From Candidatus Woesearchaeota archaeon (GTDB lineage Archaea > Nanobdellota > Nanobdellia > Woesearchaeales > GW2011-AR9), in the NCBI GenBank assembly GCA_018657845.1, contig JABHWJ010000033.1, positions 12,834-76,833 of the forward strand: a stretch of 64,000 bases of DNA, in the 5' to 3' direction. The first letter of the stretch is position 1. Each line of letters starts with the position of its first letter. This document shows positions 9,300 to 19,143 of the stretch, one piece after another. Both the position numbers and the translations under genes were made by a program. The notes under the pieces are model-generated. The model had not been told where the DNA came from, made no database searches, and saw only the letters and a program-made list of their open reading frames with translations.

Positions 9300-10106
9300 T
9301 TACCTCTTCAAAGATTCAAGCGCATTATCCAAGGCTTTGTCAAGACTATTATCTTTCTTAGGAACTGGTTTTGATTTGTAATCCACAGAAGGTTTTTTAG
9401 TAGCTTCATGTTTTTCCATCTTACTGTACAGTCTTGGCATCAAACCACGAAAATGTTTTTCAGTAAACTCATCATTAGTTGCGTGAAAAACTAAACGATG
9501 TTTTTTCCCTTGGTATTCTCTAATCTCAACTTCTTCGGGAGATCCATTTCCGTTACTATCAATAAACTTATACTTAAACTTTTTATCTGGAGATAATATA
9601 GAAATAAAACCATCTTTATCTGTTAAATAACTTTTCCCTTCATCTGCTGGCACTATGTAAGTTCCTTTTTGAACCATATTTTCAACATTTTCCAGGTGTT
9701 CATTAATCAGCTTTTCTCTGAAAGTTACAAACATGTCTTTGTAAACAGCACAACTCTTACCACTACAAAGCCTTTTTCCATTAACTTCTACAACATCAGG
9801 AACACCATCAGCTTGTTGGAAGTAATCACTATCATCGGACATTTTAATAGTATTACTTTGATGACGAACCATTATTGAAGCAGAAGGGTAGCCTTCTGCT
9901 GTGGGGTTCCCCTTAGCAATATAAAAAACTCTTGCCCTCTCATTTTTTTTCATATCATTTTTTAAAGCATCTTCTAATGCACCTAATACTTCGTCTGGTG
10001 TTTCTGACGCAGATAATAATCCAGGGGCAGTAACTGCTAATGTTCCAGCAACAAACGCAGTTCCCAATTTTTCTAAAAATCCTCTTCGATTCATTTTGAT
10101 TTCCAT
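9300..10106 (-). CDS. Tat-signal secreted protein of unknown function
   Basis: Twin-arginine motif 'MNRRGFLEKLGTAFVAGTLAVTAPGLLSAS' at the N-terminus. Confidence 0.55.
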   Translation of the reverse strand: MEIKMNRRGFLEKLGTAFVAGTLAVTAPGLLSASETPDEVLGALEDALKNDMKKNERARVFYIAKGNPTAEGYPSASIMVRHQSNTIKMSDDSDYFQQADGVPDVVEVNGKRLCSGKSCAVYKDMFVTFREKLINEHLENVENMVQKGTYIVPADEGKSYLTDKDGFISILSPDKKFKYKFIDSNGNGSPEEVEIREYQGKKHRLVFHATNDEFTEKHFRGLMPRLYSKMEKHEATKKPSVDYKSKPVPKKDNSLDKALDNALESLKR

Positions 10107-10108
10107 TT

Positions 10109-10498
10109 TTATTCTTGTTTTAGATTTTCATTAAACTTTTTCATAATTTCATACTGTGGCCAAGTTAGTGTGTCAATGTAAGTAGAGAATAGTTTTGTTT
10201 GTTCTTGGTTAAAAAAACAAACCTTCTTATCAGAAATATAATCTTTATCTTGCTTGTTTACAACAGCAACGATATCTTCACCGGAACTGGTTCTTTGTAT
10301 GTAACTTCCCAAATCTTTAAGTAGACTAAATAATGGCGATTCTTGTCTTAACCTTGCAAAAGTTCCCGGCCCGCTTTCTCTTTCAATTTCACTGAAAATT
10401 CCATAAGCATAAACTTCCGGACTTGAACCAGAACCCATCTCTAAAGCAGAATAATCTCCTTCTACATTTTCAACTTTCAATATTTTTAGTAATGTCAT
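10109..10498 (-). CDS. Hypothetical protein (129 aa), same operon as the secreted proteins
   Basis: ORF tightly spaced (2-3 nt) with its neighbours. Confidence 0.4.
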   Translation of the reverse strand: MTLLKILKVENVEGDYSALEMGSGSSPEVYAYGIFSEIERESGPGTFARLRQESPLFSLLKDLGSYIQRTSSGEDIVAVVNKQDKDYISDKKVCFFNQEQTKLFSTYIDTLTWPQYEIMKKFNENLKQE

Positions 10499-10501
10499 TT
10501 T

Positions 10502-10840
10502 TTATTTTTCCCCTAACATTCTTAATAATCCGTGTGCTCTTGCTTTTGATTCTATTCTTGAAGCGTAAGCTGCTTCAGAATCACTAAAGTTCCAATATTT
10601 TGGATGAATTTCTATGTTTGCAGTTTCTTCTAGCTTCTCAACTACTGTACTTAATTCTAAATTTTCTAAGAATTTTTTACCCTCAGAATTAAAGTAAGGC
10701 ATTACACCATTCTCGTATCCTAATTCTCTAACTGCTAATTTTTCTACAACATGATTCATATAAACAAATGCAGGAACTCTTCTAGTTATTCCAACTGTTG
10801 CATCTTCAGGGATTTGTTTTAAAATTTCTTTATAACTCAT
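10502..10840 (-). CDS. Hypothetical protein (112 aa), first gene of the 4-gene minus-strand operon
   Basis: ORF only; no motif recognised. Confidence 0.4.
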   Translation of the reverse strand: MSYKEILKQIPEDATVGITRRVPAFVYMNHVVEKLAVRELGYENGVMPYFNSEGKKFLENLELSTVVEKLEETANIEIHPKYWNFSDSEAAYASRIESKARAHGLLRMLGEK

Positions 10841-10969
10841 TTTATTTCCTCCTTTGATTGTTATACCTTAGTAGTAACACCATTAATTTAACTATCTTTT
10901 CACTATCTTTCATATCTTAGATATTAAAAACCAAAAGATTTAAATAAAATTAAAGCTAAAACAAAAATC

Positions 10970-11833
10970 ATGAATAGAAAACTTATCAAACAAGGTGGAA
11001 CTGGTTTAACCGTTTATGTTCCAAAGAAATGGGTAGATCGATTAAAACTTAAGCCAGGTGATGAAGTTTCTATTAAAGAAGATGGTAATAAACTAATTCT
11101 TAATCCAGAATCTATACTCAAAGAAAAAACAATCAAACTTGATGCTACTAAATTAAATGAAGATTCATTAAGAATCGCCATCTCTTTACTTTATTGGCAA
11201 GGTTATAATAAGATAGAAATAACCAACAAAAAAAAGTTTTCTTTTACGGGAATAAATAAGATTGTCGACAGTTTCATTGGTATGGTTATTACAGAACAAA
11301 CTGACCATAAAGTAATTGTTCAGAATACAATTAAAGAAAATTCTGAAGACTTGGACAAGATCATTAATAAATTGTTTATCACTGTTAAATATATGTTTTC
11401 TTATTTATTAGATAACTTTTCTAAAAACCTAGAGACTGATTCCGAAATCTTAGAACTTAGAAATTCAATCTTAAAACAAAGTAATTATTGTCAGAAGTTA
11501 ATTTTTGTAAATAATTTTGGTAGGGAGAAAACTTATGAATATGATATTTTAGTTCTAATGTTAAAGAAAATTTCGGGTTCATTGTTTTATCTTACTAAGA
11601 ACAAGCTACCTTTAAAGAAAACAAAAAATTATCTTAAAAAAGCATTTTTTTGGTTTGAATCCTTACACTCAAATTTATTAAAAAAAGATTACCATTCTTC
11701 TCTAGAGATTTACGAATTATTAAATAAAGAAAAACTTAGACTATACCAAGAACAGAATGATAATGTCATCCTTGGAGCAATGGTTGAACATATGTTCAGT
11801 CTCTCGTTAAGAATAATTAGTATATTGATTTAA
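10970..11833 (+). CDS. AbrB/SpoVT-like swapped-hairpin N-domain fused to a PhoU-like helical domain (putative regulator)
   Basis: N-terminus 'LTVYVPKKWVDRLKLKPGDEVSI' is typical of AbrB/MazE DNA-binding domains in archaeal COG0704 PhoU homologs. Confidence 0.5.
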   Translation: MNRKLIKQGGTGLTVYVPKKWVDRLKLKPGDEVSIKEDGNKLILNPESILKEKTIKLDATKLNEDSLRIAISLLYWQGYNKIEITNKKKFSFTGINKIVDSFIGMVITEQTDHKVIVQNTIKENSEDLDKIINKLFITVKYMFSYLLDNFSKNLETDSEILELRNSILKQSNYCQKLIFVNNFGREKTYEYDILVLMLKKISGSLFYLTKNKLPLKKTKNYLKKAFFWFESLHSNLLKKDYHSSLEIYELLNKEKLRLYQEQNDNVILGAMVEHMFSLSLRIISILI

Positions 11834-11937
11834 AAATATTTTACTAATAAAATTCATTTCTTTGGTTAAATATTATCTCTGGAAAATATCGCAATTTTAT
11901 CAATAATCTTTATAAACTCCCTGCTTGAAGCATTCTT

Positions 11938-12552
11938 ATGGTTGATTATTCAGGTATGATTTATCGTAAAAAATGGGACCCCACTTATAGTTTTGTAGAT
12001 GAACAAATATTAATAGATGGGGTTAGTGATAACTTAACAGAGATTATTCATTCTGCTTGGAATGACACCTTAAGAAATGTTTCTCCAGAACCAAGTAATC
12101 AGTGGCAATCTTCAGCAAAAAAGTTTGTTAAAAAGTTAAGAAAAAACTTACCTTTTGCAGGAGTCCATGGCATTTCTTCTTTTGGTAGAAATGAATATTT
12201 ACTTGAACGAAGCCAAAAACATTACTTGAGAAACTTTGGAGATGAACCAATCCCCTTAACAACTTTAGGAAGAAATAAAATGATAAATTGTATTGGCCAA
12301 GCCTTATCTGTAAAAATGGCACTTGCAGAATTGGCCGATTGGGAACTTTATAATTGTACCCAAGATTCTTTCATCGGCACCCATGGTGTTTTAAGTCTAG
12401 TTTCAGATGATTGTGCTTTAGTCTTAGATCCAGTTTCAGCAAATAGTACGGGGATTCATCCAAGTAAGAATTTTCGTATGGACTATGTCTTATCTGAAGG
12501 GAAAACATTATTAATCCCTGGAGAAGAACCTTCTTTTGGTTTCTTTGGATAG
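11938..12552 (+). CDS. Hypothetical protein (204 aa)
   Basis: ORF only. Confidence 0.4.
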   Translation: MVDYSGMIYRKKWDPTYSFVDEQILIDGVSDNLTEIIHSAWNDTLRNVSPEPSNQWQSSAKKFVKKLRKNLPFAGVHGISSFGRNEYLLERSQKHYLRNFGDEPIPLTTLGRNKMINCIGQALSVKMALAELADWELYNCTQDSFIGTHGVLSLVSDDCALVLDPVSANSTGIHPSKNFRMDYVLSEGKTLLIPGEEPSFGFFG

Positions 12553-12558
12553 AAATTT

Positions 12559-13047
12559 TTAATTGACTTCACTCCTAAGATAATCTTCTAATTTTTTTTG
12601 TTGAAATTCAGAATGAATGAATTCTTTTCCATCTCTGCTTAGTCTTATATCTCCTCGAAGTTCATTTTGGCCAGTTAACACATAACCACAATAACCTTTA
12701 GAATTACCAGCAACTTCTAAATTAACAACTTGACCTGCCAATCTTATTTCTTTATGGACATTATAAGAGGTTACAAAGTTATCTTGATGTTGACCATCGC
12801 GAGAGTAACCAGCAAATAATTCTACTGACCCTTTTTTTGGAAATTTATATTCTATTCCTAAATCTTTTAGAGTTTCTTCAAGATGATCATAAACTTTACT
12901 TACACAAGGTAGAAATTTAAGCATTTGAGCACAACCATAAAATTGATCCTCATTTCGCATTTTATGTCTATCTGCGAATTTTCTTACTTTTGCTTCTAAA
13001 CCAGCAAAGTTTCTAAAATTACTTTTTTCGTTGTCTACTGTTCTCAT
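12559..13047 (-). CDS. Hypothetical protein (162 aa)
   Basis: ORF only. Confidence 0.4.
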   Translation of the reverse strand: MRTVDNEKSNFRNFAGLEAKVRKFADRHKMRNEDQFYGCAQMLKFLPCVSKVYDHLEETLKDLGIEYKFPKKGSVELFAGYSRDGQHQDNFVTSYNVHKEIRLAGQVVNLEVAGNSKGYCGYVLTGQNELRGDIRLSRDGKEFIHSEFQQKKLEDYLRSEVN

Positions 13048-13104
13048 ATTTTTGTGATTGTTGTTTTTATTAATAAATATTTATATGTTTGGGAAGTGAA
13101 AGTA

Positions 13105-13176
13105 AGCCCCTGCCGAGATTTGAACTCGGGATCTCTGCATTACCAATGCAACGCTATACCACTAAGCCACAGGGGC
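13105..13176 (-). tRNA. tRNA-Thr (anticodon GGT), no intron, CCA not encoded
   Basis: Reverse complement folds as acceptor GCCCCTG/CAGGGGC, D-arm GGCTTAGTGGTATAGC, anticodon stem TTGCA/TGCAG with loop TTGGTAA, T-arm CCCGAGTTCAAATCTCGG. Confidence 0.8.
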
Positions 13177-13218
13177 AATAAACAATAAAAATCAAGAAGT
13201 TCTATTTAAAGATTACTA

Positions 13219-13749
13219 TTATTTTCTTGTCCTTGACAATATTTTTTCTAACCTACTATTCTCTATTCTCGTTTCTCTTAATTCTCCACTAGTCTTCTCT
13301 TCCCTCATTGCTAATTCTTTTGTCATTGCTAACATAACTTTATATCCGATCCGACTTTGAGATTCCATTAAATTATATAACTCCCCACCATCAATCTCCA
13401 TTAAATAACTTTCAGTTGTCGCAGTTACAGTGGCAGTTCTTGGCTTGCCTAATAAGGCTCCAATCTCTCCAAAGAAATTCCCTTCTTTAAGTTGTGCCAC
13501 TACTTGAGTTCCCAGATTAGGATGTTCGAATGAAACTGCTACTGTTCCTTGTTGAATCACATAAAAAGAATCTCCTTTATCACCTTCTATTACTACTTTT
13601 TCTTTGGGTTGATACACCAAAGGATTAACCAATCCATAAACTTCCTGTAATTCTCCCGGCAACAATTCCGAAAACAGATACATATATTGTAATAATTTTT
13701 CCATCTGAATAAAACTATTTCTTAGTTTAAAACCATTATCAATCGCCAA
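13219..13749 (-). CDS. Stand-alone cyclic-nucleotide-binding (CAP/cNMP) domain protein
   Basis: Canonical cNMP-binding signature 'GDKGDSFYVIQQGTVAV...FGEIGALLGKPRTATVTA'; 176 aa with no fused HTH or output domain. Confidence 0.75.
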   Translation of the reverse strand: MAIDNGFKLRNSFIQMEKLLQYMYLFSELLPGELQEVYGLVNPLVYQPKEKVVIEGDKGDSFYVIQQGTVAVSFEHPNLGTQVVAQLKEGNFFGEIGALLGKPRTATVTATTESYLMEIDGGELYNLMESQSRIGYKVMLAMTKELAMREEKTSGELRETRIENSRLEKILSRTRK

Positions 13750-13797
13750 ACTATATATTAAAGAAATATAAAAACATTCTGAAAGAAAAAATAAAAA

Positions 13798-14832
13798 TTA
13801 ATAATAAATTGATTCAGTTTTAAGAGGAACATCAGTAACAATATGTTCCAATAATCCTTTTGGGCAAGTTTCACTAAGCTCCATTAACTTTTCGTTAGTT
13901 GGAACCAATTCTTCTTTCAATTCTTCATCTAAGATATCAGTATATTCTGAAGCTCCACGATCATCAAAAGAAATTTGAACCGGTAACTTTGCAAGTAGGT
14001 TACTCATTTCATGTTTATATCGATTATGTACTCCATTAACTTCTGCTTTTTTGTCCCAAATCTTTCCTGCTTTTATAACTTCTTTTGCAATTCCTTGTAA
14101 TTGTGCAGAGTTTCCCACCACAAATTGTTTTAGTTCTTCTGCAGCAGCAATTGTAGCTCTAACATTATCCACAGTAGGTTCTGCAATTAAAGCATATCCT
14201 TTATTTTGGTCATGGAAATGAAAAGCTTTTCCAAAAGTGGTCTTATCATCTAAATTCAAAGGTTCTCCTCTAACTAAAGATTTCAGAATGGGTAAGGATA
14301 TTCCTGAATTTAAAACATAATCCTCTTTATCTGCAGGAATATAATGATGTACTAAAACATAAGCTGCAAAATTATTAACAGTAACACTTAATATATCACT
14401 TGCAAACCCAAATTCACCATCAGGATGAAGATCAGTAGCTAAGTGTACTTTAACACAAGCTTGTGCAACCTTTTCAGAGTTAAGATAAACTAAATCGTGA
14501 TTTTCAGCAGAAGAAATTATGCCCTCGCTACAATCGTTATTTGCTCTTCTAATATCCTGTTCCAAATCATAAAATGGTTCTTCTATGGTGCCAAAATATT
14601 CTGGAAATGATGCAACTAAAGCAGAGTTTGCTACTCTTCTCCAATTACGTAAGCTTAAAAATTCATTCTCTTTACTAGGATGGAGATGGGCTTCACCTTC
14701 TTCTTGTTCAGCAGTTAAACCATATTGAACTGTTACTGGCATACCCGCAATAACTTCTTTGTATCCAACACCTTCAACGGAAGGTGCTTCTTGCCCTAAA
14801 ACAACATTATTAATTGAAATTATTGGTCTCAT
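13798..14832 (-). CDS. Conserved hypothetical protein (344 aa), family not recognised by eye
   Basis: Long well-composed ORF; no diagnostic motifs identified. Confidence 0.5.
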   Translation of the reverse strand: MRPIISINNVVLGQEAPSVEGVGYKEVIAGMPVTVQYGLTAEQEEGEAHLHPSKENEFLSLRNWRRVANSALVASFPEYFGTIEEPFYDLEQDIRRANNDCSEGIISSAENHDLVYLNSEKVAQACVKVHLATDLHPDGEFGFASDILSVTVNNFAAYVLVHHYIPADKEDYVLNSGISLPILKSLVRGEPLNLDDKTTFGKAFHFHDQNKGYALIAEPTVDNVRATIAAAEELKQFVVGNSAQLQGIAKEVIKAGKIWDKKAEVNGVHNRYKHEMSNLLAKLPVQISFDDRGASEYTDILDEELKEELVPTNEKLMELSETCPKGLLEHIVTDVPLKTESIYY

Positions 14833-14982
14833 TTTATTTACCCCTTACTATCTCCCCTTATTTATTTTGATATTAGCACTTATTTAAAAAGATTTAGGTG
14901 AGTTCAGCATTATTTATCTTATCCAGCATATACTTTTTACAACCGTCAAAATTGTAGAGCTGCATATATCCCAAAGAAATGG

Positions 14983-15101
14983 TGTGGGGGAGGGGATTTG
15001 AACCCCCGAACCTACTAAAGGACAGGATATCTCACAGGCCTGAGCCTCGAAACTTAATTGTCTTAAGTCCTGCGGATTTGACCAGACTTTCCTACCCCCA
15101 C
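14983..15101 (-). tRNA. tRNA-Leu (anticodon TAA) with a ~33-nt canonical-position (37/38) intron and genomically encoded CCA
   Basis: Reverse complement: acceptor GTGGGGG/CCCCCAC, anticodon stem CAGGA...TCCTG with loop CTTAAG[intron]A, T-arm GGGGGTTCAAATCCCCT, then A-CCA (CCA at 14980-14982). Confidence 0.7.
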
Positions 15102-15177
15102 ATATCTGATCTCACAGGTGTCCGTTTTTTAGTAAGACAAGCAACAAAAACAACCCCTATTTAAAAAACTTTTCTAA

Positions 15178-16146
15178 TCAAAAACCTAGGTAGATTACTC
15201 TTCCTACATTGCCGACATGATCCACAACTGCTTTAGTTCGGTCTATTAAGAATGCAATCTTTTCAATAGGTTTGTTTTCGAGATAAAACTTATCACAAAG
15301 CATCATTGCTTCATCACGAGAATTAAGTACACTATGAACTAAAGGCAAATCATGAGTGTGGTAAGCCTTCATAATATCTAAATAAATTCTTTCTATCTTA
15401 TTAAGTATCTCCACATACTCTTCTTGTTTCTTTTTATTAAGTTTGATTTCTCCCATAAATCTCGCAGTTCTTTTAACTTCATCAGCCACAGATTCTAATT
15501 CAAAAGCAAGCCACCACAGATTAGATAAATCTATTGCCATTAATCCAAATTTCTTAATCATATAAGAGGCATTTTCAAAACCATACCTCACAATTCTAAA
15601 CATTAAGAACACTAATTTATTAACATCATTATCTCTATAATTTATACTCTCATAAGTGTCTTCGATAAACATGTTCTTACAATCTTCAAACATAGACCGA
15701 ATAATTACATCAATTTTCCGAGTTATGGTCTTAGTTGACACATCATCCATATTCAAAAAATCTTTAGCTACAATCTTTTTTGTGGTTTGTTCCATTACTT
15801 CTAACGCAACTAAACTTTGAATTATTGGTTGAATCTCTTTGGCCTTATCTTTTATATCATTACCAGCCAAGATAATTGTTTTATTATTTTTGATATAGCC
15901 TCCAATAATCTCCCGCTTGATTTGCCTCATCTCTTTTCCATCAATATTTATAGTAACTTCCCGGTTATTTGCAACCTGATTCCCAGTAATACTCAAAATT
16001 AAATCTGGGTCTTTTTCATCAAAATAAATCAAGGCTCCCTTTTCCAACTTATTTTTTCTAACCCATGCCTTAGGCAGGCTAACTACATAACTACTTTTAC
16101 CAAAAGAAATTAATTTTCTATACTCTATTTTGCCAACCCCAAACAA
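15178..16146 (-). CDS. Second AbrB/SpoVT-like plus PhoU-like domain protein (paralog of 10970..11833)
   Basis: N-terminus 'SSYVVSLPKAWVRKNKLEKGALIYF' is a swapped-hairpin motif; the rest of the protein has similar helical architecture. Confidence 0.55.
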   Translation of the reverse strand: MFGVGKIEYRKLISFGKSSYVVSLPKAWVRKNKLEKGALIYFDEKDPDLILSITGNQVANNREVTINIDGKEMRQIKREIIGGYIKNNKTIILAGNDIKDKAKEIQPIIQSLVALEVMEQTTKKIVAKDFLNMDDVSTKTITRKIDVIIRSMFEDCKNMFIEDTYESINYRDNDVNKLVFLMFRIVRYGFENASYMIKKFGLMAIDLSNLWWLAFELESVADEVKRTARFMGEIKLNKKKQEEYVEILNKIERIYLDIMKAYHTHDLPLVHSVLNSRDEAMMLCDKFYLENKPIEKIAFLIDRTKAVVDHVGNVGRVIYLGF

Positions 16147-16269
16147 CTATATACTCTTTTAAAAAATATATACTGTTCAAAATTTATTTATATTTAAATG
16201 TTTCTTTTAAAAATGTAAACTATTGGCTTAATAATTATCAATCCTTATCAAAATAATTCAACCAAAAGC

Positions 16270-16283
16270 AATATTTATAAACA
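16270..16283 (+). promoter_or_regulatory. Candidate archaeal TATA box/BRE ~27 nt upstream of the racemase ATG (leaderless transcript)
   Basis: 'atatttataaac' at the expected distance from the ATG at 16306. Confidence 0.4.
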
Positions 16284-16305
16284 ATTTAGCAATTACCTTA
16301 CCTCT

Positions 16306-16995
16306 ATGAAAACAGTAGGAATAATTGGAGGTCTTGGACCAGAGACAACTTCGGAATTTTACTTAGATATAGTTTTCTCATGTTACAAGAAAACTAAAAA
16401 AGCTAGACCTGGAATAATCATCGCCAGTGTCCCTTTACCTTATCAGATCGAAGAAGACTTAATCATGAATAATGAGGGAAGTGAAAGGTACCTGCCTTTT
16501 TTAGTTTCTGAAGCAAAAAGATTGGAAAAAGCAGGCGCAGATTTTATTGTGATGCCCTGTAATTCACTTCATGTTTTCATTGAAGAAATTCGGAACGCTG
16601 TAAATATTCCTGTTTTGAGTATTATCGAAGAGACAGTAAAGTTCCTCAAAAAGAATAAATTCAAAAAAGCAGGAATTGTTTCAACATCTGCAACAATCAA
16701 GAATAAATTATATGAACACGCTTTTAAAAAAAATAATATTGCCTATGTAACTCCAGATGATTTTCAACAGGCAAAAATGGGAAAATTTATTCTAAATCTT
16801 GTTACTGGTCAGCAAAAGAATAGCGATAGAGAAGAACTTATCAAAATAATTAATGATTTTGAAAAGAAGGGCGTTGACTGTGTTGCACTTGCCTGCACAG
16901 ACCTCCAATTACTAATTCCAAAACATCCATCCTTGAAAATATTTGATACAATGAAAATATTCGCTGACGCAACTGTAGATATGATCCTAGAATAA
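16306..16995 (+). CDS. Aspartate/glutamate racemase family protein
   Basis: N-terminal 'GIIGGLGPETTSEFY' and 'ALACTDL' are the two conserved Cys-region motifs of Asp/Glu racemases. Confidence 0.8.
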   Translation: MKTVGIIGGLGPETTSEFYLDIVFSCYKKTKKARPGIIIASVPLPYQIEEDLIMNNEGSERYLPFLVSEAKRLEKAGADFIVMPCNSLHVFIEEIRNAVNIPVLSIIEETVKFLKKNKFKKAGIVSTSATIKNKLYEHAFKKNNIAYVTPDDFQQAKMGKFILNLVTGQQKNSDREELIKIINDFEKKGVDCVALACTDLQLLIPKHPSLKIFDTMKIFADATVDMILE

Positions 16996-17084
16996 CTCTG
17001 ACTCTATTGAGTGTCTTGACTACTTAACAAAGATAATCACCTAAAACAAAAACATTTTAATACTCTACTATTTTTATTCTCTTA

Positions 17085-17879
17085 ATGGATGTTTTAAAAA
17101 GAGGTTATCATAACTCATTGAAAGTAATCAAACAACATAAATTAATTTTCTTCTCCTTAATCATATTACAAATATTAACTCTGGCAATTCTTGCTAGTGT
17201 AGGAATAAAATTTACTATTTTAATTTCTGAAAACAATCAAGAGATTGGTTATTATTTGGATAATGCCAATTATGATAGTGAATCTCTAAAATCTGGCCAA
17301 CCTTTCATCAAAGAAACTGTTGCTTTACAAAAAAGCTACCAATCTTTAATCAAAAATATTTGGTGGTTAGTCCTGATAAGTTTTGGAATCTATTTATTCT
17401 TTGACGGGTTGAATTGGAGTCTAACTAATTATCTTTTCAAAAAAACTAATCTCTTCAAGAATTGGTTAAACTTCACCATCCTTTCTTTACTTTTTATTGT
17501 TCCAGTTTCTTTAATTATTTACTCAATCTTCAAAAGCGCAGTTGGTATCGACTTAGGAGTTTTCGAATTAGTAATTTATGGATTAACATTTCTTGCAGTC
17601 ATCACTTATTACTTCCTAGCCGTCGCCTATTCCTTCTTAGAAAAAGACCTTCAATCAATATTTAAAAACCTCCAATTAATTGGAATAAGAAAAGTCTTCC
17701 CAGTGATCCTAGTTACAATATCAAACCTCGTCCTGATATCTATTTCATTAATTCTTATTTATCTCTCTCAAGATAATCTCCTCGCTATGACTGCCAGTAT
17801 TTTGTTACTCTCCTTAATCCTTACCTTAACTAGAATATTTTTTGTAGGAAACCTCAAATCCTTATCCCAAAAAGAATAA
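17085..17879 (+). CDS. Polytopic membrane protein of unknown function
   Basis: About 6-7 hydrophobic helices. Confidence 0.45.
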   Translation: MDVLKRGYHNSLKVIKQHKLIFFSLIILQILTLAILASVGIKFTILISENNQEIGYYLDNANYDSESLKSGQPFIKETVALQKSYQSLIKNIWWLVLISFGIYLFFDGLNWSLTNYLFKKTNLFKNWLNFTILSLLFIVPVSLIIYSIFKSAVGIDLGVFELVIYGLTFLAVITYYFLAVAYSFLEKDLQSIFKNLQLIGIRKVFPVILVTISNLVLISISLILIYLSQDNLLAMTASILLLSLILTLTRIFFVGNLKSLSQKE

Positions 17880-17955
17880 TTAAAGATATTAATTTAACAT
17901 AAAAATAAAAAGTTTTATTAACTAAAAAACTTAACAAATAAAAAAGAGGAATAAT

Positions 17956-19143
17956 ATGGCCGCACTAGAAATCATCACTGCACTTTCTATTTTACTATTG
18001 GTGGGAGTAATCCTAACTTATCTTTGTGGAAAATTAAAAATTTCTAATGTTTTTTTCCTTATCGTCGCCGGATTCTTAATGTCCTTTATCAAACTCCAAG
18101 GACAAAGTTTAGTTGTTTTTTCTACAGAATTCCTCACCTCTGTAGCCATCATTGCCTTAATCATGATTGTTTTTGACTCTACTTCCAGATTTAGAGTAAG
18201 AGAAATTGCTAAAGAAACTAGTTTTGCTCTCGAAGTCAGTTTGTTATTTATGGTTGTTAGTCTTGTTGTCATTCCAATTGTTACCCATTTTCTGTTTGGG
18301 TTCGCATGGTGGATCAGCATTCTTTTTGCTTCTATGATGCTTGGAACTGACCCCAGTGCAGTAGTCTCTGTTCTAAAAGACATCAAACACCACTCCATAA
18401 CCTTCTTAGAATGGGAATCTGTGATCAATACCCCTTTAACAGTTATTATCCCTTTTATGGTTATTGAAATGTCCAAAACATTTTCTTGGGGAACTATAGT
18501 TGGAAGTTTCTTAGAACAAATTATTCCTTTCTTGCAACAAATCGTCACTGGAATTGGTGCAGGTATAGTTGTTTTCTTATTAATCTTTAAAATCTTAAAA
18601 GGAAAGTATCTTGAAGTATTAACTCCCGTAACTCTATTAGTCTCAGCTCTTCTAACTTATGTACTTGCTGAAGGACTTAAAGGTAATGGGATTCTTGCCG
18701 TTACCGCATTAGGAATTTTATTTGGAAATGTTTATTTTCAAAAGAAAGAAACTCTTCAAACTTTTGGACAAGTCCTTTCTACATTATTTGAGATTCTTGT
18801 TTTCCTTTTACTAGGATTATCCATTAAACTCCCAGGTAGTTGGGTATTTTATGTTAAGGCCCTAATCTTATTTGTGGTCTACTTAGCTCTAAGAGGAGGA
18901 GTAATTTTCTTGATTTTCAAAAATACAAAAGATAGAACTATTAAAGAAAAGGTTTTCATGACTCTTAACTCTTCCAAGGGAGTTGCCGTGGCAGTTGTTG
19001 TTTTCTTCCTCATCTCTTTAGGAATCGGACGAGAAGTTATAGACTTAGGAGTTTTATTCATCCTTTACTCATTAATTGTTTCTACAATTATGGGCAAATC
19101 ATCTAAATTCTTTCTTCATGTCGAAGCGAAGGGATTGAAATGA
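17956..19143 (+). CDS. Cation/proton antiporter (CPA/NhaP-type) membrane protein
   Basis: About 11 TM helices; N-terminal 'ILLLVGVILTYLCGKLKIS' and overall topology typical of Na+/H+ exchangers. Confidence 0.55.
   Translation: MAALEIITALSILLLVGVILTYLCGKLKISNVFFLIVAGFLMSFIKLQGQSLVVFSTEFLTSVAIIALIMIVFDSTSRFRVREIAKETSFALEVSLLFMVVSLVVIPIVTHFLFGFAWWISILFASMMLGTDPSAVVSVLKDIKHHSITFLEWESVINTPLTVIIPFMVIEMSKTFSWGTIVGSFLEQIIPFLQQIVTGIGAGIVVFLLIFKILKGKYLEVLTPVTLLVSALLTYVLAEGLKGNGILAVTALGILFGNVYFQKKETLQTFGQVLSTLFEILVFLLLGLSIKLPGSWVFYVKALILFVVYLALRGGVIFLIFKNTKDRTIKEKVFMTLNSSKGVAVAVVVFFLISLGIGREVIDLGVLFILYSLIVSTIMGKSSKFFLHVEAKGLK

Noticed and set aside
14979-15164. 61-aa ORF on the plus strand
   Set aside because: It lies entirely antisense to and overlapping tRNA-Leu(TAA) (14983..15101). 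It is an artefact of the GC-rich tRNA sequence.
13048-15177. Integrated mobile element at tRNA-Thr or tRNA-Leu
   Set aside because: No integrase, transposase or tRNA 3'-end direct repeat is visible. The intervening genes are a cNMP-binding protein and a conserved hypothetical protein.
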